The notes: generated by a model not told the origin, from the letters alone. A stretch of 50,707 nt of DNA from an uncultured Klebsiella sp. (GCA_964415735.1 CAYQBR010000001.1:1748-52454); one strand, 5' to 3'. Shown: positions 11,209-21,608, counted from the first letter of the stretch. A program made the numbers and translations.

Positions 11209-11883
11209 ATGAAAAAAGCCGTCGTATTGCTGTCTGGAGGACTGGACTCCACAACCTGTCTCGCGATCGCTCGCGCCGACGGGTTCGAGATTCTTGCGCT
11301 CAGTTTTGATTATGGACAGCGGTCTGCCAGTGAATTGAATGCCGCCAAAGCCATTGCACAGGCTTCAGGGGTGACCAGGCACCATGTCATTCCACTCGGT
11401 ATCGGTGCGCTCGGCGGCTCGGCGCTCACTGATCATGCTGTTGCTGTTCCCGAGCAGGAGTGCGCCGGCATACCGGTGACCTATGTTCCTGCGCGCAATA
11501 CCATTTTTCTCTCCTATGCACTGGCGCTCGCGGAAGTTTCCGGGGCGCAGGCGATTTATATAGGAGTCAATGCGCGAGACTATTCTGGTTATCCTGATTG
11601 TCGTCCGGAATTCATCAAGGCCTTCGAGGCCATGGCCAATCTAGCCACCAAGGCTGCCATCGAGGGGAATCCGATTGCCATCGAAGTGCCCTTGATTGCG
11701 CTCAGCAAGGCAGAGATCATTCGGCGCGGCGCACAACTCGGCGTTGATTACTCGTTGACGGTGTCCTGTTACCAGGCTGACGCCCTTGGGCGAGCGTGTG
11801 GTCGTTGTGACAGTTGCCGTTTCCGTCGCAAGGGCTTTCAGGAAGCAGGGTTACCAGACGCGACACGTTACGCTGTCGAATGA
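11209..11883 (+). CDS. queC: 7-cyano-7-deazaguanine synthase QueC
   Basis: [13 protein letters not shown]-loop and C-terminal zinc cysteines [10 protein letters not shown]. 224 aa. Confidence 0.95.
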   Translation: MKKAVVLLSGGLDSTTCLAIARADGFEILALSFDYGQRSASELNAAKAIAQASGVTRHHVIPLGIGALGGSALTDHAVAVPEQECAGIPVTYVPARNTIFLSYALALAEVSGAQAIYIGVNARDYSGYPDCRPEFIKAFEAMANLATKAAIEGNPIAIEVPLIALSKAEIIRRGAQLGVDYSLTVSCYQADALGRACGRCDSCRFRRKGFQEAGLPDATRYAVE

Positions 11884-11913
11884 AAAAAGCAGGACATTTT
11901 CATCGAAAGGGAC

Positions 11914-11941
11914 TTGTCTTTTTCTCTCATGATAGTAGTAT
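11914..11941 (+). promoter_or_regulatory. candidate sigma70 promoter for tRNA-Lys
   Basis: TTGTCT (11914-11919), 16-nt spacer, TAGTAT (11936-11941), then a GC-rich discriminator gtgcgcc. Lies 18 nt upstream of the tRNA. Confidence 0.35.
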
Positions 11942-11958
11942 GTGCGCCTTTCTCGCAT

Positions 11959-12034
11959 GGGTCGTTAGCTCAGTCGGTAGAGCAGTTGGCTTTTAACCAA
12001 TTGGTCGTGCGTTCAAGTCGCACACGACCCACCA
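11959..12034 (+). tRNA. tRNA-Lys (anticodon UUU)
   Basis: Cloverleaf folded by hand: acceptor gggtcgt/acgaccc, anticodon stem gttgg/ccaat, loop cTTTTaa, T arm gtgcg-ttcaagt-cgcac, encoded CCA. Confidence 0.95.
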
Positions 12035-12085
12035 TTTTTCTCCGCAACACCTTGTTCCCGTGTCCTTATTCGCGAAGTCCTGCTT

Positions 12086-13171
12086 ATGACGGCGATGACC
12101 GATACATCCGGAATGCTTGCATCGGACACGGACATCGTCCGCACCCATCTGGCCAGAGTGACGCTGTCAGCGCCGCTGAGCGATCTCGAAATCGCTGAGT
12201 GCAAGGCCCGAATAAAAACCCTGCTTCGTGAAAGAAATGCCGTTCTGGTCGCGCATTACTATACCGATGCCTTGCTGCAGTCTCTGGCAGAAGAGACAGG
12301 AGGACTTGTCTCGGATTCTCTTGAGATGGCCCGTTTCGGGCGCGACAGCAGCGCTTCCACTCTGGTTGTGGCTGGCGTTCGTTTCATGGGCGAGACAGCC
12401 TGTATCCTGAGTCCCGACAAGACTGTTCTGATGCCGACGCTGGAAGCGACCTGCTCGCTTGATGTCGCTTGTCCCGCGGATCGTTTCGCCGAGTTCTGCG
12501 ATGCGCATCCTGATCACACCGTCGTCGTCTATGCCAATACCTCTGCAGCAGTGAAAGCCCGAGCAGACTGGGTGGTGACATCGAGTATCGCCGTGGACGT
12601 GGTGGAGCATCTGGCGGCACAGGGGAAGAAGATCATCTGGGCGCCGGACAGGCATCTCGGCGCTTACATCAAGGGGAGAACCGGAGCGGACATGCTGCTT
12701 TGGGAGGGTGCCTGCATCGTTCACGAAGAATTCAAGGCGAAGGGCCTGATCGACATGCGGGCCTTGTATCCCCATGCCGCGATCCTGGCGCATCCGGAAT
12801 CTCCTGCCTCAGTGCTCGCGATCGCCGATGTGATTGGTTCGACCACACAGATCATCAAGGCCGCCATGCAGATGCCCAACTCGCATTTCATCGTTGCGAC
12901 CGACAAGGGCATCTTCTACAAGCTTCAGCAGATGGCGCCGCAGAAGACCTTCCTCATTGCGCCTACAGCCGGCCATGACGCGACCTGCCGCAGTTGTGCC
13001 CATTGCCCCTGGATGGCCATGAATTCGCTGGAGCGCTTGTTGCATTCGCTGGAAACGGGCAGCAATCGTGTGAGTGTCTCGTCTGAACTGGCGAGTCGTG
13101 CCATGGTGCCACTGCAGCGGATGCTGGATTTTTCCGCTGCCATGAAGCTCAAGGTGAGTGGCAAGGCCTGA
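12086..13171 (+). CDS. nadA: quinolinate synthase NadA
   Basis: 361-aa ORF with VAHYYTD..., FMGET and C-terminal Fe-S cysteines. Typical NadA. Confidence 0.95.
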   Translation: MTAMTDTSGMLASDTDIVRTHLARVTLSAPLSDLEIAECKARIKTLLRERNAVLVAHYYTDALLQSLAEETGGLVSDSLEMARFGRDSSASTLVVAGVRFMGETACILSPDKTVLMPTLEATCSLDVACPADRFAEFCDAHPDHTVVVYANTSAAVKARADWVVTSSIAVDVVEHLAAQGKKIIWAPDRHLGAYIKGRTGADMLLWEGACIVHEEFKAKGLIDMRALYPHAAILAHPESPASVLAIADVIGSTTQIIKAAMQMPNSHFIVATDKGIFYKLQQMAPQKTFLIAPTAGHDATCRSCAHCPWMAMNSLERLLHSLETGSNRVSVSSELASRAMVPLQRMLDFSAAMKLKVSGKA

Positions 13172-13189
13172 GCCAGTGCCACGAGCGTG

Positions 13190-14644
13190 CTACATCGCCT
13201 GAGCGGCCCTTCCCATGCTTTCTACTTCCTGTGATCGTTGGCGCAGGCGCGCAAGAAGAGGCGCGTTGTCCTGGCGTTCCGATTCGATGCGCAAGGCATA
13301 GTCCAGTTGTTCTGAAGCGCTGCGGAAATCCCCCACGAGAATGAAGTACTCCGCGCGCGCCTGATGCACCTTGCTGACATCGCCGACCAGACCTTGTGTC
13401 TCCGCCAGCGTGTACCACAGCTCGTGATCCTCAGGGCGTTGACGCGTGTGATCCTCCAGCACGCCCGCGGCTTCGCCGTATTCCCTTGTGGCGATCAGCG
13501 CTTCAGCGTAAGCCATGGTGATGGGGTGATTGCCCGGGTTGATGGTGAGATGTCTGCGCAGGAAATCCCGCGCCATGGCCGCCTCGTTGCTCTGGGTCAG
13601 CAGCTCCGCTTGCGTGACCACATAGGCGATGCGATTGGGTTCACTTGCCAGCAAGGGGGCAAGTGTCTCCTGTGCCAGGGCGAAATCCTTGTTCTTGCCG
13701 TAGGCTACCGCAAGACCGTAGCGGGCTGCGACGCGAGCTGTGTCGTCCGAAGCATCGCGCAGGGCTGTCTGAAACAGAGCTATGGCGTTGGCAGGATTGG
13801 CTTCGTAGTGCACCTGCACTCGCGCTCGCATCAGCTGATACTCGAGCTTCGGATTGGCGGGGCGAGCGGGGTAACGCGTTGCCCGACCTCGCGTATCGGC
13901 AACCCGTGACTCGGTGACCGGATGCGACAGCAGGAATTCCGGCGGCCGTGAACCAAAACGATTGAGGCCCATGAGGCGCTCGAACATCGCAGGCATTTCA
14001 CTGGGGTCGTACCCGGCGTCGTACAGCGTCTTGATGCCGAGTCGGTCGGCCTCGGCTTCGTTGTTGCGGGAAAAGCGCAGCTGATTCTCCAATGCGCGGC
14101 CCTGTGCCGCCATGACGGCTGCCTGACCGGTATCCGGACTCGAGGTGCTCATGACAATGATGCTGGCGAGCAGCGTTGCCAATTCCGGGATTCTCCGCGC
14201 CTGGGCATCTTCCACGCTGCGGGCGAAATGCCGTTGGCTGACATGGGCGATTTCATGCGCGAGGACCGAGGCGAATTCACCTTCGGTATGGGCGTTGAGA
14301 AACAATCCGCCGTTGACACCGATGATTCCTCCCGGAGCCGCGAAGGCATTCAATTCCGGGCTGTCGACAATGATGTAGGACAGGCGGTAGTCCTGCAGTT
14401 CGCTGTGCAGGGCAAGGTTCTGAGTGACATTCACCAGGTAGTCGTTGAGCAGCGGGTCGGGGATGGTCTTGCTGGTGCGGCGAATGGAGCGCAGGAATTC
14501 GCGACCCAGGGCGTGTTCGTCTTCCAGCGAGATCAGACTGGAAATGCGATCGCCAAGACTCGGGATCTGCACCTGTGCCGAACTGGAATGTGAGACCAGG
14601 ACCGTCGTGGCGAGGGCGCACAGCAAGGGGATCAATTTCGTCAT
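13190..14644 (-). CDS. bepA: M48-family periplasmic metalloprotease with TPR domain (BepA/YfgC-like)
   Basis: Signal peptide, HEIAHVSQRH zinc motif, C-terminal TPR-like repeats. 484 aa. Confidence 0.82.
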   Translation of the reverse strand: MTKLIPLLCALATTVLVSHSSSAQVQIPSLGDRISSLISLEDEHALGREFLRSIRRTSKTIPDPLLNDYLVNVTQNLALHSELQDYRLSYIIVDSPELNAFAAPGGIIGVNGGLFLNAHTEGEFASVLAHEIAHVSQRHFARSVEDAQARRIPELATLLASIIVMSTSSPDTGQAAVMAAQGRALENQLRFSRNNEAEADRLGIKTLYDAGYDPSEMPAMFERLMGLNRFGSRPPEFLLSHPVTESRVADTRGRATRYPARPANPKLEYQLMRARVQVHYEANPANAIALFQTALRDASDDTARVAARYGLAVAYGKNKDFALAQETLAPLLASEPNRIAYVVTQAELLTQSNEAAMARDFLRRHLTINPGNHPITMAYAEALIATREYGEAAGVLEDHTRQRPEDHELWYTLAETQGLVGDVSKVHQARAEYFILVGDFRSASEQLDYALRIESERQDNAPLLARLRQRSQEVESMGRAAQAM

Positions 14645-14796
14645 GAGTTATGCATGCTTTCCGAGTGGCGGGCCTGGATCAAATGTAATGCTAAGACCGT
14701 CGGGTGTACAAATAATTCCGTTTTTTCAGGGTTGGAGGGGTCAGTCTCGCATGCAGCTGTGGCCTCTGCAGGCGCCTGCCTGCTAAACTTCGCGCC

Positions 14797-15030
14797 ATGA
14801 AAATCCATGCTGATCAGGAACTTGATGCCAGCGGGCTGATGTGCCCGTTACCGCTGCTTAAAGCCAAGCTCGCATTGAATGCCATGCAGCCGCAGCAGAT
14901 CCTCAAAGTCATTGCCACCGACCCGGGTTCCGAGCGGGATTTCCACGTGTTCGTCCAGCAGAGTCGTCACACCATTCTTGAATTTGCCAAGGATGATGCA
15001 GCCTATTACTACTGGATCAGGAAAGGCTGA
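14797..15030 (+). CDS. TusA-family sulfurtransferase-like protein
   Basis: 77 aa with DASGLMCPLPLLKAK (CPxP active-site motif). Confidence 0.85.
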   Translation: MKIHADQELDASGLMCPLPLLKAKLALNAMQPQQILKVIATDPGSERDFHVFVQQSRHTILEFAKDDAAYYYWIRKG

Positions 15031-15036
15031 CAACGG

Positions 15037-16113
15037 ATGAGAAAGCTGCTGCGCAGCTTCTTCGATCGTTACTTCCACGACGAAGAGGCCATCATCTTCG
15101 TCATCCTTCTGGGCGTTGCGCTGCTGGTGCTTGTCACCATGGGCTCGATACTGGCGCCTCTCTTCGCGGCGATCGTCGCCGCCTATCTCCTGCAGGGTCT
15201 GATCGGTTCGCTGGAGCGCTACCGGATGTCGCATCGGCTGGCCTTCGCGCTCGTCTATTCCCTGTTCATCGGCTTCTTTGTCGCCATCCTCTTTTTCGTG
15301 CTGCCCCAGGCCTGGGTGCAACTCGGTCGATTGATCAACGATCTGCCGAGGCTCATCGGAGAGGGGCAGGATGTGCTTCTGCACCTGCCCGATTCCTACC
15401 CCGGCCTCGTGAGCGAGCAGCAGGTGCAGGAACTGATGAGCACGCTGCGGGGTGACCTGGCGCTGCTGGGGCAGCGCGTGGTGTCGTATTCCATCTCCAG
15501 CATTCCGCGCATCTTCAATTGGGTGATCTTCCTTGTGCTGGTGCCGGTGCTGGTGTTCTTCATGCTGAAGGACAAGGCCTTGCTGGTGCACTGGATCGGC
15601 AATCTGCTGCCGCACAACCGCCCCCTGATGCTGCAAGTCTGGCAAGAGATGGACATGCAGCTGGCCAACTACATTCGCGGCAAGATTCTCGAGATTTTCA
15701 TCGTGGGCGGCACCACCTATGTCGCCTTTCTGGTGCTGGACGTGAACTATACGCTGCTGCTGGCGGTTCTTGTGGGGCTCAGTGTCGTGGTGCCCTTCAT
15801 CGGAGTGGCGGTGGTGGCCATCCCCGTCGCACTGGTGGCCTATGTGCAGTGGGGCTTCAGCAATGAATTCATTGCCGTGATGCTGGTTTACAGCGTGATT
15901 CAGTTGCTTGATGCGAATGTCCTCGTGCCTGTGATCTTCTCCGAAACCGTCAATCTGCATCCTGTCGCCATCGTCGCGGCCGTGCTGGTGTTCGGCGGTC
16001 TCTGGGGATTGGCGGGTGTGTTCTTCGCAATCCCTCTGGCGACACTCATCAAGGCCATCATCAATGCCTGGCCTGACACCACACGCAAGCATCCCTTGCC
16101 GCCGGCGCACTGA
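15037..16113 (+). CDS. AI-2E (PerM/YhhT) family transporter
   Basis: 358-aa polytopic membrane protein with AI-2E family pattern (NY..G....I.I.G......F...G..Y...L....G....IP..G). Confidence 0.85.
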   Translation: MRKLLRSFFDRYFHDEEAIIFVILLGVALLVLVTMGSILAPLFAAIVAAYLLQGLIGSLERYRMSHRLAFALVYSLFIGFFVAILFFVLPQAWVQLGRLINDLPRLIGEGQDVLLHLPDSYPGLVSEQQVQELMSTLRGDLALLGQRVVSYSISSIPRIFNWVIFLVLVPVLVFFMLKDKALLVHWIGNLLPHNRPLMLQVWQEMDMQLANYIRGKILEIFIVGGTTYVAFLVLDVNYTLLLAVLVGLSVVVPFIGVAVVAIPVALVAYVQWGFSNEFIAVMLVYSVIQLLDANVLVPVIFSETVNLHPVAIVAAVLVFGGLWGLAGVFFAIPLATLIKAIINAWPDTTRKHPLPPAH

Positions 16114-16195
16114 GGGCTTGATTCTGGGCGGCGGCTGGCGGATGTGCTACAGTCGCGGCCCGGGTTTGACCGACTTCCAGAACTGAGGAAATGCA

Positions 16196-17074
16196 ATGAT
16201 TCAAGGCAGTATCGTGGCCATCGTCACGCCGATGTTTCCCAATGGCGACATCGACTACGACGCTTTTGACAGGCTGATTGAGTGGCATGTTGCCAGCGGT
16301 ACGGATGCCCTTGTCGTGGCCGGTACCACGGGCGAGTCACCCACGCTGTCCGAGCAGGAACACTGCGAGCTGATGCGTCACTGCGTCGACAAGGTGGCGG
16401 GGCGCCTGCCGGTGATCGCCGGAACCGGCTCCAATTCCACTCGCGAAGCCATCTATTTCACCCGTGCCGCGCGCGAATACGGTGCTGACGCCTGCCTGCT
16501 GGTAGCTCCGTATTACAACAAGCCCAGTCAGGAAGGCTTGTATCAGCACTTCAAGAAAGTGGCAGAAGAAGTTGATATAAAACAGATTTTGTACAATGTT
16601 CCATCCCGCACAGGCTGTGATCTGCTGCCGGCCACGGTCTCTCGACTGGCCGATCTGGAGAACATCGTGGGCATCAAGGAAGCCAGCGGTGACATGGCTC
16701 GCTGCCGGGAACTGCTGCGGCAGTGTGACGGGCGCATCAGCATCTATGGGGGTGACGATGCCACCGCGCGGGAGCTGCTGCTGGCCGGTGGCCACGGCAA
16801 CATCTCCGTGACGGCCAACCTGCTGCCGGAGCAGATGCACCGCATGTGCGCGCTTGCCATGCAGGGCGATGCCGCGGGGGCCCTGGAAGTCGACGCGCCG
16901 CTCGCCGCTCTGCACGACAAGCTCTTCGTGGAGGGCAATCCGGTTCCCGTGAAGTGGGCCATGGCTCAGCTGGGTCTGATCCAGCCCGGAGTCAGGTTGC
17001 CATTGGTCGACCTGAGTCCCGGTTTCCACGACGTGCTCAGAGCCGCCATGCGGCAGGCAGGCCTCATTCAATGA
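16196..17074 (+). CDS. dapA: 4-hydroxy-tetrahydrodipicolinate synthase
   Basis: GSIVAIVTPM...GTTGESPTLS...GTGSNST...YNVPSRTG motifs. 292 aa. Confidence 0.96.
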   Translation: MIQGSIVAIVTPMFPNGDIDYDAFDRLIEWHVASGTDALVVAGTTGESPTLSEQEHCELMRHCVDKVAGRLPVIAGTGSNSTREAIYFTRAAREYGADACLLVAPYYNKPSQEGLYQHFKKVAEEVDIKQILYNVPSRTGCDLLPATVSRLADLENIVGIKEASGDMARCRELLRQCDGRISIYGGDDATARELLLAGGHGNISVTANLLPEQMHRMCALAMQGDAAGALEVDAPLAALHDKLFVEGNPVPVKWAMAQLGLIQPGVRLPLVDLSPGFHDVLRAAMRQAGLIQ

Positions 17075-17143
17075 AGCTCGGTCAGGCCTGCGCGGCCTGA
17101 CAATCCCGATAATGCAACGCGAACAATCCTGGGTGTGAATGGC

Positions 17144-18187
17144 ATGATGAAGGCATACAGAACGGTCCTCCTGGTCACCGCAGTCGGCGCCACGCTGTCT
17201 GCGTGTTCCTACCTGACTGGCGATGACGGCATGTTTCGCGATCGTCAGGGAGACTACCTGGCCTCGCCCGTGATTGCGCCGATGAACATCCCCGATACCC
17301 TGGACAGCTACACCCTCGATGCACTCTACGTGGTTCCCGACGAGGTTCCCGTGGACAAGGCTTTCTTCATCGAGGCGCCGGCGCCGAGACCGATGGATAC
17401 CAATGTGCGCGAAGGCGTGGTGGTGCAGCGTTTCGGGGATCGTCGCTGGATCGTGATTGGCGCCGAACCCGGCCAGGTGTGGCCGCGTCTGCGCGATTAC
17501 TGGTCCACGGCACAGATTCCGCTGAGTGCCGAGGATCCCATCGCGGCGATCATGGAAACCGCCTGGCTGGGTGAGCCCGGCAGTCGCAACAAGTATCAGG
17601 TGCGCATCGAGCCCGGACTGCACTCCGGCAACTCCGAAATCTACGTCGTGCAGGTGGGCGAGGCTTTCGTGGCCGATGTGAATGCGCCGGTCACCTGGCC
17701 CACGCGCTCTGCCGACCTGGAAGTCGAGACACGCATGCTCGATGACATCTCCGTGTATCTCGCGGATCGCACCGATCTCTACCGCGCCTCGTCCGTCTCG
17801 CTGCTCGCCGGCAGCATCGAGGCCGAGAGCAAGGCCAGCATCGTGCGGACCGGCACGGGCGACACGCTGCAATTGCGCATCGATTTCGACCGTGCCTGGT
17901 CGCAGGTCTCCCAGGCCCTGGGCAATGCCGAGATCGAGATCACCAGCAGCGAACGTGCCGCCGCCACTGTGGTCGTGCGTTATTCACCTGTTACCGAGGA
18001 GGACCAGCCGGGCTTCTTCGGTCGCCTCTTTGGCGGGGGGGACGACGAGGATCTGCAACCCGTGTCCATCACCCTGCGATTGCTGCAGGAAGAGGGGCAT
18101 ATCGCGGTGGTCGCGGAAGCCACAGAGGACATCGCACTGGAAACGCGTGATGCCCTGATTCGCGCCGTGCACACCAATCTGATCTGA
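17144..18187 (+). CDS. bamC: outer membrane protein assembly factor BamC (NlpB)
   Basis: Lipobox LSAC after a signal peptide, about 347 aa, immediately downstream of dapA as in E. coli and Pseudomonas. Start 17144 or 17147. Confidence 0.75.
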   Translation: MMKAYRTVLLVTAVGATLSACSYLTGDDGMFRDRQGDYLASPVIAPMNIPDTLDSYTLDALYVVPDEVPVDKAFFIEAPAPRPMDTNVREGVVVQRFGDRRWIVIGAEPGQVWPRLRDYWSTAQIPLSAEDPIAAIMETAWLGEPGSRNKYQVRIEPGLHSGNSEIYVVQVGEAFVADVNAPVTWPTRSADLEVETRMLDDISVYLADRTDLYRASSVSLLAGSIEAESKASIVRTGTGDTLQLRIDFDRAWSQVSQALGNAEIEITSSERAAATVVVRYSPVTEEDQPGFFGRLFGGGDDEDLQPVSITLRLLQEEGHIAVVAEATEDIALETRDALIRAVHTNLI

Positions 18188-18241
18188 GTCCTTCGCCCTG
18201 AGGCGCCGACTTCTGGCGCGGAGCTGCGGGATGCCGCGTTC

Positions 18242-19609
18242 ATGAGCATGACACCTGAACTGCTGACACTGGCCGGCGTGGCGCTGGTGCTGGCTGGCGT
18301 CTGCGTGGTGCTGATCCTGCGTCGCGCACCGGATTTGTCTGCAACGGTGGCGGCCTTGGAGGAACGCGTCCGGGCCCGCGATGCCGAGCTGGACATGCAG
18401 GCACAGCGCATTGCCACGCAGGCAGCGGAGATTGCTGCCCTGCAGGAGAGCGTTGCCGGTCACCGCGAGCAGGGGGTGCAATTGCAGACTCTGCTGCAGC
18501 AGGAGCGTCGGCAGGCGACGGAAAAGCTGGCGCTGCTCAACGACGCCCGTGAGCAGATGAGCCTGCAGTTCAAGACGCTTGCTGCCGAGATACTCGAAGA
18601 CAAGAGTCGTCGTTTCACTGCCAGCAACAAGGAAAGCATCGGCGAGATCCTGCGTCCTCTGACCGAGCGCATCCAGCACTTCGAGAAGAAGGTCGAGGAA
18701 ACCTACGACAAGGAAGCGAAGGAGCGCTTCTCGCTGGCCAGCGAGATCCGCAATCTGCAGGCCCTGAATGCGCGCATCAGTGAAGACGCCGTCAATCTCA
18801 CCAAGGCCCTGAAGGGCGAAAGCAAGACACAAGGCACCTGGGGCGAAGTCATCCTCGAATCCATCCTGGAGAAATCCGGCCTGGTGAAGGGGCGGGAATA
18901 TCAGACTCAGGTGAGCCTGACCTCTGCCGATGGCACGCGCTCGCAGCCGGATGTCATCGTGCAGTTGCCCGAGAACAAGCAGATCATCATCGACGCCAAG
19001 GTGTCGCTGAAGGCCTACGAGGCTTTCTGTTCAGAACAGGACGCCGACAAGCGAGCTGCACTGCTGCAGCAGCATGTGCAGTCCGTGCGGCAGCATGTCA
19101 GATCGCTGGGCAGCAAGGACTACCAGAATCTGCATTCCCTCAACTCCCTCGATTTCGTCCTGCTCTTCATGCCCGTGGAAGCCGCGTTCTCGGTCGCTGT
19201 GCAGCAGGACGCCGAGTTGTTCAGTCAGGCCTTCGATCAGAACATCATTCTGGTGGGGCCCTCCACGCTCCTCGCCACCCTGCGCACGATCCAGAACATC
19301 TGGCGTTACGAACAGCAGAACCAGAATGCCATCGAGATCGCCACGGCTGCGGGGGCGCTCTACGACAAGTTCGTGGCCTTCGCCGGCGATCTCGAGGAAA
19401 TCGGCCAGCGCATTGATGCCAGCCGCAAGAGTTATGAAAAGGCGCACAACAAGCTGGCCTCGGGCAAGGGCAATCTGGTGGCGCGCATCGAGAACATGAA
19501 GAGGCTGGGTGCACGCGCCAGCAAGAAACACGCGGCACAACTGCTGCAGAAGGCCGGTGCCGACGAGCTCGAGGGCCTGGAGAATCCCCGCGTGCAGGAG
19601 GACGAATGA
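18242..19609 (+). CDS. rmuC: DNA recombination protein RmuC
   Basis: N-terminal TM helix, long coiled-coil, C-terminal RmuC nuclease-like domain (GTWGEVILESILE...PDVIV.LP....IIIDAK). Confidence 0.92.
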   Translation: MSMTPELLTLAGVALVLAGVCVVLILRRAPDLSATVAALEERVRARDAELDMQAQRIATQAAEIAALQESVAGHREQGVQLQTLLQQERRQATEKLALLNDAREQMSLQFKTLAAEILEDKSRRFTASNKESIGEILRPLTERIQHFEKKVEETYDKEAKERFSLASEIRNLQALNARISEDAVNLTKALKGESKTQGTWGEVILESILEKSGLVKGREYQTQVSLTSADGTRSQPDVIVQLPENKQIIIDAKVSLKAYEAFCSEQDADKRAALLQQHVQSVRQHVRSLGSKDYQNLHSLNSLDFVLLFMPVEAAFSVAVQQDAELFSQAFDQNIILVGPSTLLATLRTIQNIWRYEQQNQNAIEIATAAGALYDKFVAFAGDLEEIGQRIDASRKSYEKAHNKLASGKGNLVARIENMKRLGARASKKHAAQLLQKAGADELEGLENPRVQEDE

Positions 19610-20220
19610 GCGCCGCGACCCCACTGGATGACATTCTCGCGTTTCTGCCCTGTGCCACGCCTGACGCGTGGCTGGACGAAGCCCTGCGTCAGCAGGACAT
19701 CCTGTTGATCGATCATGCCAATTGCGAAAAGAAGGCGGCCGCGACGGCCATGAGCCTGCTGTACAAGTTCTCCGAGCACACGGAGCTGCTGCGCAAGATG
19801 TCCCACCTTGCGCGCGAGGAATTGCTGCACTTCGAACAGGTGGTCAATCTGCTGGCGCAGCGGCGCATCCGCTACATTCATCTCGGGGCATCGCGCTATG
19901 CGGGTGGGCTGCGGGATCAGCTGCGCAAGGATGCCAAGGGACAGTTGATAGACACGCTGATTGTCGGCGCGTTCGTCGAGGCGCGATCCTGCGAGCGTTT
20001 CGCCCGCCTTGCGCCACTGCTCGACCCTGTGCTCACTCGGTTCTACCGGGGACTTCTGCGTTCCGAGGCCCGGCATTTTCAGGATTATCTGAGTCTGGCC
20101 GCGCTCTACAGCGAGGAAGACATCGGGCCCCATGTGCAGCGCATTCGCGCGGTGGAAGAGCAACTCATCACCAGCGAGGATCCGGTGTTTCGTTTCCACA
20201 GCGGCGTTCCACCGCGCTAG
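19606..20220 (+). CDS. miaE: tRNA-(ms2io6A37)-hydroxylase MiaE
   Basis: DHANCEKKAA, EELLHFEQV, VEARSCERF and SEARHF diiron motifs. ATGA overlap with rmuC. Confidence 0.88.
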   Translation: MSAATPLDDILAFLPCATPDAWLDEALRQQDILLIDHANCEKKAAATAMSLLYKFSEHTELLRKMSHLAREELLHFEQVVNLLAQRRIRYIHLGASRYAGGLRDQLRKDAKGQLIDTLIVGAFVEARSCERFARLAPLLDPVLTRFYRGLLRSEARHFQDYLSLAALYSEEDIGPHVQRIRAVEEQLITSEDPVFRFHSGVPPR

Positions 20221-20223
20221 GCA

Positions 20224-20727
20224 TCACTGCGCGCAGTCGGCCGGGCGTGTCAGATTGCCCTGCAGGCGCTGCTGCAGAGCGTCGAGTTGACGGCACAGAA
20301 TGCTGTCATTGCCGGTGAGCACCACCGTGGTCAATGCGCGCATGGACAGCAAGGGAGCGATATCGGTCAGTTGATTCGCCGATGCGTTCACACCGCTGAG
20401 TCGGGGCAGGGCGGTCAGCGGGGCCAGACTGGTGAGTCGATTGTTGCTGATGTCCAGATACTGCAGCGTGGCGATCGCGCCGATGCCTTCGATGTCGTCG
20501 ATCTCCCAGTCTGGACAGGCAAGGATGGTCAGGGTGTCGAAACTCGCGCCTGGCTGTTGCAACGCGAAGTTCACGCAGGCCTGCAGCCCTGGATCGGCAA
20601 AGCGATAGGCGCTGATGCCGGGACGCGGATCGAAAACCGTGCGTTCATTGATGCTCACGGCAAAGCGCTGCGAACAGGCCGTCAACGCCAGTATGGCAAG
20701 CAGCAGCGTGCCTCTTGAATAGCTCAC
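20224..20727 (-). CDS. leucine-rich-repeat lipoprotein (167 aa)
   Basis: GTG at 20727 lies 7 nt after AAGGA and gives MSYSRGTLLLAILALTAC (lipobox). About 22-residue LRRs follow (LQYLDISNNRLTSLAPLTALPRLSGVNASANQLTDIAPL). Confidence 0.7.
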   Translation of the reverse strand: MSYSRGTLLLAILALTACSQRFAVSINERTVFDPRPGISAYRFADPGLQACVNFALQQPGASFDTLTILACPDWEIDDIEGIGAIATLQYLDISNNRLTSLAPLTALPRLSGVNASANQLTDIAPLLSMRALTTVVLTGNDSILCRQLDALQQRLQGNLTRPADCAQ

Positions 20728-20882
20728 TCGTCCATCCTTGCACACCCCGGTGTGTCGTTGTCTTCGCCTGCGTGAAAAGCCCTGCGCCAGCATACCCCAT
20801 GGCCCCCGCGCGGTGGAATTAAGACGCGAGTCCAGTTAGTATGCCTCACCGTCAATTCCCACTCCCAATCAAGGATATCACC

Positions 20883-21590
20883 ATGACTTTCAAGCGTTCT
20901 CTGAGCCTGCGCAGCGTTGTTGCGGCTCTCTCTTTCTCTGCATTGTCAGTGCAGGCTGCAGAGGGTGATATCGATCTCACCTCCGAGCAGAATCAGATCA
21001 GTTACAGCATCGGCGTGAACATCGGCCAGAATCTGCAGGGGCAGGGCATCATGGACTCCGTCAATCTGGACGCCTTCTTCGCGGGCATCAGTGATGTGAT
21101 CGCCGGCGAGCCGAAGCTGAGCATGGAACAGATGATGACGGCGCTGCAGAACTTCCAGGCCCAGCTGGCCGCCGAACAGGAAGCTGCCGATGCAGCCGCC
21201 AAGGCCGAGAGTGAAGCCTTTCTGGCCGCGAATGCGCAGGTCGATGGCGTGATCACTACCGCCTCCGGCCTGCAGTATCAAGTGCTCGCCTCCGGTGATG
21301 CGTCCGGCACATCTCCGACCTTGCAGGACACGGTGCTCGCGCATTATCACGGCACCTTCATCGATGGCTCCGTGTTTGACAGTTCCGTTGAGCGTGGTGA
21401 GCCCGCTGAATTCGGTGTCAGCCAGGTGATTGCCGGCTGGACCGAGGCGTTGCAACTGATGAAGAAAGGCGACAAGTGGAAGCTCTTCATTCCTGCGGGC
21501 CTGGCTTACGGTGAAACCGGTTCCGGCCCCATCGGTCCGCACTCTGCGCTGATCTTCGAAGTCGAACTTCTGCAAATCAACGGTCAATAA
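20883..21590 (+). CDS. periplasmic FKBP-type peptidyl-prolyl cis-trans isomerase (FkpA/Mip-like)
   Basis: ATG 20883 after AAGGA, signal peptide ...SVQA, FKBP_N helix then the FKBP domain (HYHGTFIDGSVFDSS...VIAGWTEAL..M..G.KW.L.IP..LAYG). Confidence 0.9.
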   Translation: MTFKRSLSLRSVVAALSFSALSVQAAEGDIDLTSEQNQISYSIGVNIGQNLQGQGIMDSVNLDAFFAGISDVIAGEPKLSMEQMMTALQNFQAQLAAEQEAADAAAKAESEAFLAANAQVDGVITTASGLQYQVLASGDASGTSPTLQDTVLAHYHGTFIDGSVFDSSVERGEPAEFGVSQVIAGWTEALQLMKKGDKWKLFIPAGLAYGETGSGPIGPHSALIFEVELLQINGQ

Positions 21591-21608
21591 TCCAGGCGGA
21601 GGCAGCCA

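Noticed and set aside
16337-17872. 511-aa minus-strand ORF (also 14848..16110-, 26725..28275-, 560..1927-, 31129..32532-, 47303..48496-, 28359..29519-, 35738..36784-, 43011..44021-)
   Set aside because: All are antisense to confidently identified genes (dapA/bamC, AI-2E transporter, lysS/ung, aspS, cyclase, regulator, reductase, TsdA-like, DUF2797). Their composition is skewed to Arg/Gly/His/Asp and they carry no motifs.
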